Positions 29,061 to 32,000 of a DNA stretch of 32,000 nt are shown in pieces. The DNA is from Pyrobaculum calidifontis JCM 11548 (lineage in GTDB: Archaea; Thermoproteota; Thermoprotei; Thermoproteales; Thermoproteaceae): the NCBI RefSeq assembly GCF_000015805.1, contig NC_009073.1:930001-962000 (forward strand), given 5' to 3'. The notes beneath the pieces are model-generated. The model had not been told where the DNA came from, searched no databases, and saw nothing but the letters and a program-made list of their open reading frames with translations. Positions within the stretch are counted from its first letter, which is position 1. Each line of letters starts with the position of its first letter. A program made the translations under genes and the position numbers.

Positions 29061-29591
29061 ATGATACTGTCAAACGACGAGTTGAAAAAGCTCATCTCCT
29101 TGGGCAAACTGAAGGTAGACCCCCTCTACCCCGACGCGGTGAGAGAGAATGGCCTCGACCTCCGCATCGGCGGAGAGTACGCCATATACGCCTACGAGGG
29201 GGCTGTGGTTAGGCCGTGCGACTTAGACGACGCTAAGCCGCTCTTCCGCGTGGTTAAGGCAGACGAGGTGGTTATACCGCCGCGGAACTTCGTGCTTCTG
29301 ACGACTGAGGAGTACGTGAAAATGCCCGAGGACGTGGCCGGCTTGGCAAACCTCCGCTCCACTCTCGCCCGCTACGGCCTCTCTATACCGCCGACCGTGG
29401 TAGACGTAGGGTTCGAGGGCAATATAACCATCGAGGTGGTGAACAATAGCCCAAACACCATTGTGCTCAAGAGGGGGATGCGCTTCCTCCACCTAGTGCT
29501 AATAAAGGCCGAGGGGCGCGCCGCCTACCGCGGCGCCTACCAAGGACAGAGAGGGGTCACCCCGCCCAAGGGCCTCAAGGGAGAGTGTTAA
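29061..29591 (+). CDS. dcd: dCTP deaminase (dUTPase-fold, Dcd family)
   Basis: 176 aa from ATG 29061 (MILSNDELKKLI...). Motifs include NGLDLRIG, RSTLARYGL and VDVGFEGNITIEVVN. The TATA tcttaaaaac lies 25 nt upstream. Confidence 0.85.
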   Translation: MILSNDELKKLISLGKLKVDPLYPDAVRENGLDLRIGGEYAIYAYEGAVVRPCDLDDAKPLFRVVKADEVVIPPRNFVLLTTEEYVKMPEDVAGLANLRSTLARYGLSIPPTVVDVGFEGNITIEVVNNSPNTIVLKRGMRFLHLVLIKAEGRAAYRGAYQGQRGVTPPKGLKGEC

Positions 29592-29649
29592 TAGTTTTAG
29601 TTAATGAGGTTAACCTAAAGGCTTAAGTGGTTGCCGACACTATATACAC

Positions 29650-30222
29650 ATGCCGGCTCTCTGGGTGTCCGGCTTAATTGGGCTCGCGCTAGGCGGCTAT
29701 CTGGGACTTAGGGGGGTCAAAAAGAGGGATTTATGCGACATCTGTTTTTCCATAGGCTTGCTAGTCTTAGGGGTGTTATCGCTCGTATTAGCCGCCGTAG
29801 GCTACGAGGCCCTGGGCCTAGCCGTGGTCCCCATCTTAGGCGCCTTGCCCCCACTCCTAATGTCGCTGGGGGTCGTGTACGTGGCGTTGCCTAGGTATTG
29901 GAAGTTGTACCTCATCTTCGTCGTAGTGGGCATCGCGGCAATTGCGGCGGTTAGACAGACAGTCATGGTCTTTCACCCAGTGGCAGGTCTAATACTACTG
30001 GCACTGCCCATATACGCTGTGGTCAAAAAAGTTGCGCCGCCCTACTTCTCTCTTGTCTCAGTTGGCGCATTGCTCATCGGGGTGGGCGGCGTGGCTCTTG
30101 CCACAATAGCCGCGGGGAGGCCTCTCTTGCCGCTGGAGCTTGTGCTGGCAATACTCCCCTACGTGCTTCTTGGGACAGTGGTCTTCATGGGGCTTGGGGC
30201 TTTGCTGGGTAAGAAACAATGA
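29650..30222 (+). CDS. Polytopic membrane protein, unknown function
   Basis: 190 aa, about 6 hydrophobic helices, no recognised motif. The stop overlaps the next gene start (ATGA). Confidence 0.55.
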   Translation: MPALWVSGLIGLALGGYLGLRGVKKRDLCDICFSIGLLVLGVLSLVLAAVGYEALGLAVVPILGALPPLLMSLGVVYVALPRYWKLYLIFVVVGIAAIAAVRQTVMVFHPVAGLILLALPIYAVVKKVAPPYFSLVSVGALLIGVGGVALATIAAGRPLLPLELVLAILPYVLLGTVVFMGLGALLGKKQ

Positions 30223-31583
30223 CGAGGGAGGAAAAGGCGTTACTAGTCGTTACCTTTTTCACCATCGCCTTTCTTGCGACGCTCTCTGGCCCATTAGCCG
30301 AGACTTTGCCGGTCAAAAAGGCCATCTTGTCTCTAGGCCAGGCTAAGGACACCTTTGAGGATTTTGAGGCTAGGGCAATAATGGCATACCACGTCGCGGC
30401 TGTGGTCGTCACGTCTGCCTTGGCCTACCTCGCGCTTAGGTATGTAGACATGGACCACTCCCTCAAGCCGACTATTTCTAAGCTGGTGACGGCTGGCTGG
30501 GCGCTTTCAATACCCTCTGGCCTCATCTTTGCCTACTTCTGGAGGTCTCCGTTGATACACGCCTTATGGATAATTGGCCTGTCGTTGATGTTTACGGCGG
30601 CGGTGGTCCTGTTATACGCCATGTCGCCGCTTAGGATTAACTGGAGAGAGAACGCGCTAGAGAAAGCCGCCTTTTTCATAACTGGCCTCAGCCTAGTTCT
30701 TTCCATCGTGTTTGGCGGCGTATATGCCTCGCACTTCGGCTTCGACGAGGGGGTAAAGGCGGTGTTGTTAGAACACCACTCAACTCTTGAGTACAGGGGG
30801 CTAGGGCCCGCGGCGACTACCCTGCAGTTAGTGGCCACGGGGCATGCCCATGGCGCAGTGGCGCTGTGGGGAGCCGCGCTCATGCTGATAGGCTTTAAGT
30901 GGGTGAGGGCAAGCGGCAGAATGTACAAGTGGGCGTTGATATTCGCCGCGGTGGGCTCTTTGATCACGCTTGTGGGCGTCTCAGTGGTGGCCCCGTTAAG
31001 GCCCATTGCGCATCAGATAATCTTCTTCGGCATAGGGCCTCTGCACATATCTCTCCTCTTCCTCTGGCTGTACTTGCTTAAACAGCTACGGGGCGGCGGG
31101 TGGAAAGACCCAGTGAAGTTTGGCATATTTCTATCTCCTGTACTCACAGTAGTTTTTGTGACTTTGACGGGTCCTCTTGTTACAATGCAACTGAGAGACG
31201 TGGTCAGGGTAGTGTGGCCTCTTGAAGACGAAATCGCCTACAACGTGGCGCATTGGCACATGTTGGCGCTGATTTTCGCGTACACCACGTTTCTGCTGTA
31301 TGCAGACGGCCTCAGGGGCTTCGCGAGAAAGTCCATGTGGATATTCGTCATTGGGGCTCTTGTTGCATTGGCCGGGGCCTTTGTCTATGAGCTGTCTCCC
31401 ATATTCGCGGGGGCTAAAAAGGGCGTCTCATTGGAGCTCGTTGCCACCATAGCCGAGAAGTCGCAGGAGGTGAAAAAGGCGGCGCTGGTGCCCATGGATG
31501 TGGGACTGATCCTACTATTCGTCGGATTTGCCATAGGCGCCGCTGGCCTAGTGGGGCCTCTAAAGAGGGGCTCACAGCAGTAG
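30219..31583 (+). CDS. Polytopic membrane protein with intramembrane His clusters, unknown function
   Basis: 454 aa, about 12 hydrophobic helices. His residues lie in or next to helices: AYHVAAV, LEHHSTLEY, TGHAHGAVALWG, IAHQIIFFG, NVAHWHMLALIF. Confidence 0.6.
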   Translation: MTREEKALLVVTFFTIAFLATLSGPLAETLPVKKAILSLGQAKDTFEDFEARAIMAYHVAAVVVTSALAYLALRYVDMDHSLKPTISKLVTAGWALSIPSGLIFAYFWRSPLIHALWIIGLSLMFTAAVVLLYAMSPLRINWRENALEKAAFFITGLSLVLSIVFGGVYASHFGFDEGVKAVLLEHHSTLEYRGLGPAATTLQLVATGHAHGAVALWGAALMLIGFKWVRASGRMYKWALIFAAVGSLITLVGVSVVAPLRPIAHQIIFFGIGPLHISLLFLWLYLLKQLRGGGWKDPVKFGIFLSPVLTVVFVTLTGPLVTMQLRDVVRVVWPLEDEIAYNVAHWHMLALIFAYTTFLLYADGLRGFARKSMWIFVIGALVALAGAFVYELSPIFAGAKKGVSLELVATIAEKSQEVKKAALVPMDVGLILLFVGFAIGAAGLVGPLKRGSQQ

Positions 31584-32000
31584 GTCCACGTCCTCTGGGC
31601 AGGCGGCCCGGCTTTTTGTATATAGGTCAAATACCTCTACGCCGTCGCTGACGACGGCTATTTTAGGCTTTGTCTTCCTGTAGGGGCCTGCGGTGGAGCT
31701 GAACACAGTCACCACCGAGCCTCCGTGGTGGGTGGCGCACCCCGCCGAGACGTAGGTGTGTCCCCGCACCACTACTCTGGTGTTGTGCAACGCGTGGAAC
31801 GTCTTTGTAATCTCTCTGCCGAATAGCCAAGCCCCGGGCCCTCTGGGGCTTGGGAGATAGTCGTCGCAGTTGCATGGGTCATTCCAGAGGATTTGAAACG
31901 CCAGGGGGTCCCCTGGGATTGTTAAATCTCCCTCCAGCGTAGCCAAGCGGTTGAGCGGGGCTGGCCTCATGTTTTCGCCGAGCGGTATGCCGCCGTGTAG
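31572..32000 (-). CDS. Metallophosphoesterase, PPP-type Ser/Thr phosphatase-like (C-terminal part; gene continues past the right edge)
   Basis: The reverse frame is open to the window end. It reads LHGGIPLGENMRP..., then LWNDP, VVRGHT and VTVFSS, which correspond to the PPP motifs LHGG, LWSDP, RGH and FSA. The track Met at 31970 is internal. Confidence 0.8.
   Translation of the reverse strand, partial: LHGGIPLGENMRPAPLNRLATLEGDLTIPGDPLAFQILWNDPCNCDDYLPSPRGPGAWLFGREITKTFHALHNTRVVVRGHTYVSAGCATHHGGSVVTVFSSTAGPYRKTKPKIAVVSDGVEVFDLYTKSRAACPEDVDLLL

Noticed and set aside
1-32000. A search by eye for CRISPR arrays, IS elements or transposases, and rRNA genes.
   Set aside because: No regularly spaced 24-37 nt direct repeats were seen. 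No transposase- or integrase-like ORFs were seen, nor any rRNA-like conserved segments. The only repeats found are those reported (19475/20894, 21448/22159, 24858/24883).

Overview
This is a gene-dense, GC-rich archaeal chromosome segment. The gene content includes Elf1, TFS, PCNA-PriS-GINS, ribosomal proteins L39e/S19e/L44e/S27e, aIF2-alpha, Nop10, AglB/STT3, GGGP synthase and archaeal-type riboflavin synthase. The style is distinctive: TATA boxes sit about 22-27 nt upstream of start codons (mostly leaderless first genes), GTG/TTG starts are frequent, and genes join at ATGA/GTGA/TAATG overlaps. There is also an intron-containing tRNA, C/D box sRNA candidates overlapping gene 3' ends, and a very GC-rich SRP RNA. 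Together these point to a hyperthermophilic crenarchaeon, probably Thermoproteales (Pyrobaculum/Thermoproteus-like); the taxon is inference only. About 45 protein genes are supported. Many longest-ORF starts in the supplied track are over-extended, and I re-called them from family knowledge plus TATA spacing and gene-junction overlaps. Features absent from the track: a partial moeA at the left edge, L39e (51 aa), a 54-aa zinc-ribbon ORF, tRNA-Ser(GGA) with a 13-nt intron, SRP (7S) RNA, four C/D box sRNA candidates sharing one architecture, and a long hairpin RNA candidate. Most worth follow-up: (1) an AT-rich, TATA-laden spacer between two convergent genes, followed by a 19-bp hairpin with a C-rich loop (24863-25090); (2) an ~80-nt promoter-plus-sRNA-like segment present twice as direct repeats bracketing an orphan FtsX-type permease gene (19475-20966); (3) a minus-strand surface/transport cluster with a repeat-module surface protein, two MFS transporters and a Trp/His-rich secreted protein (14070-20831); (4) an antitoxin-PIN-antitoxin sandwich between tRNA-Ser and the SRP RNA, with a 47-nt perfectly identical block in otherwise diverged paralogs; (5) a tightly coupled NikR-like/JAMM/M24 peptidase operon; (6) Nop10 inverted out of its conserved cluster and start/stop-coupled to AglB. 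No CRISPR array, transposase or rRNA was seen. All functional calls come from reading motifs by eye; no database search was run.
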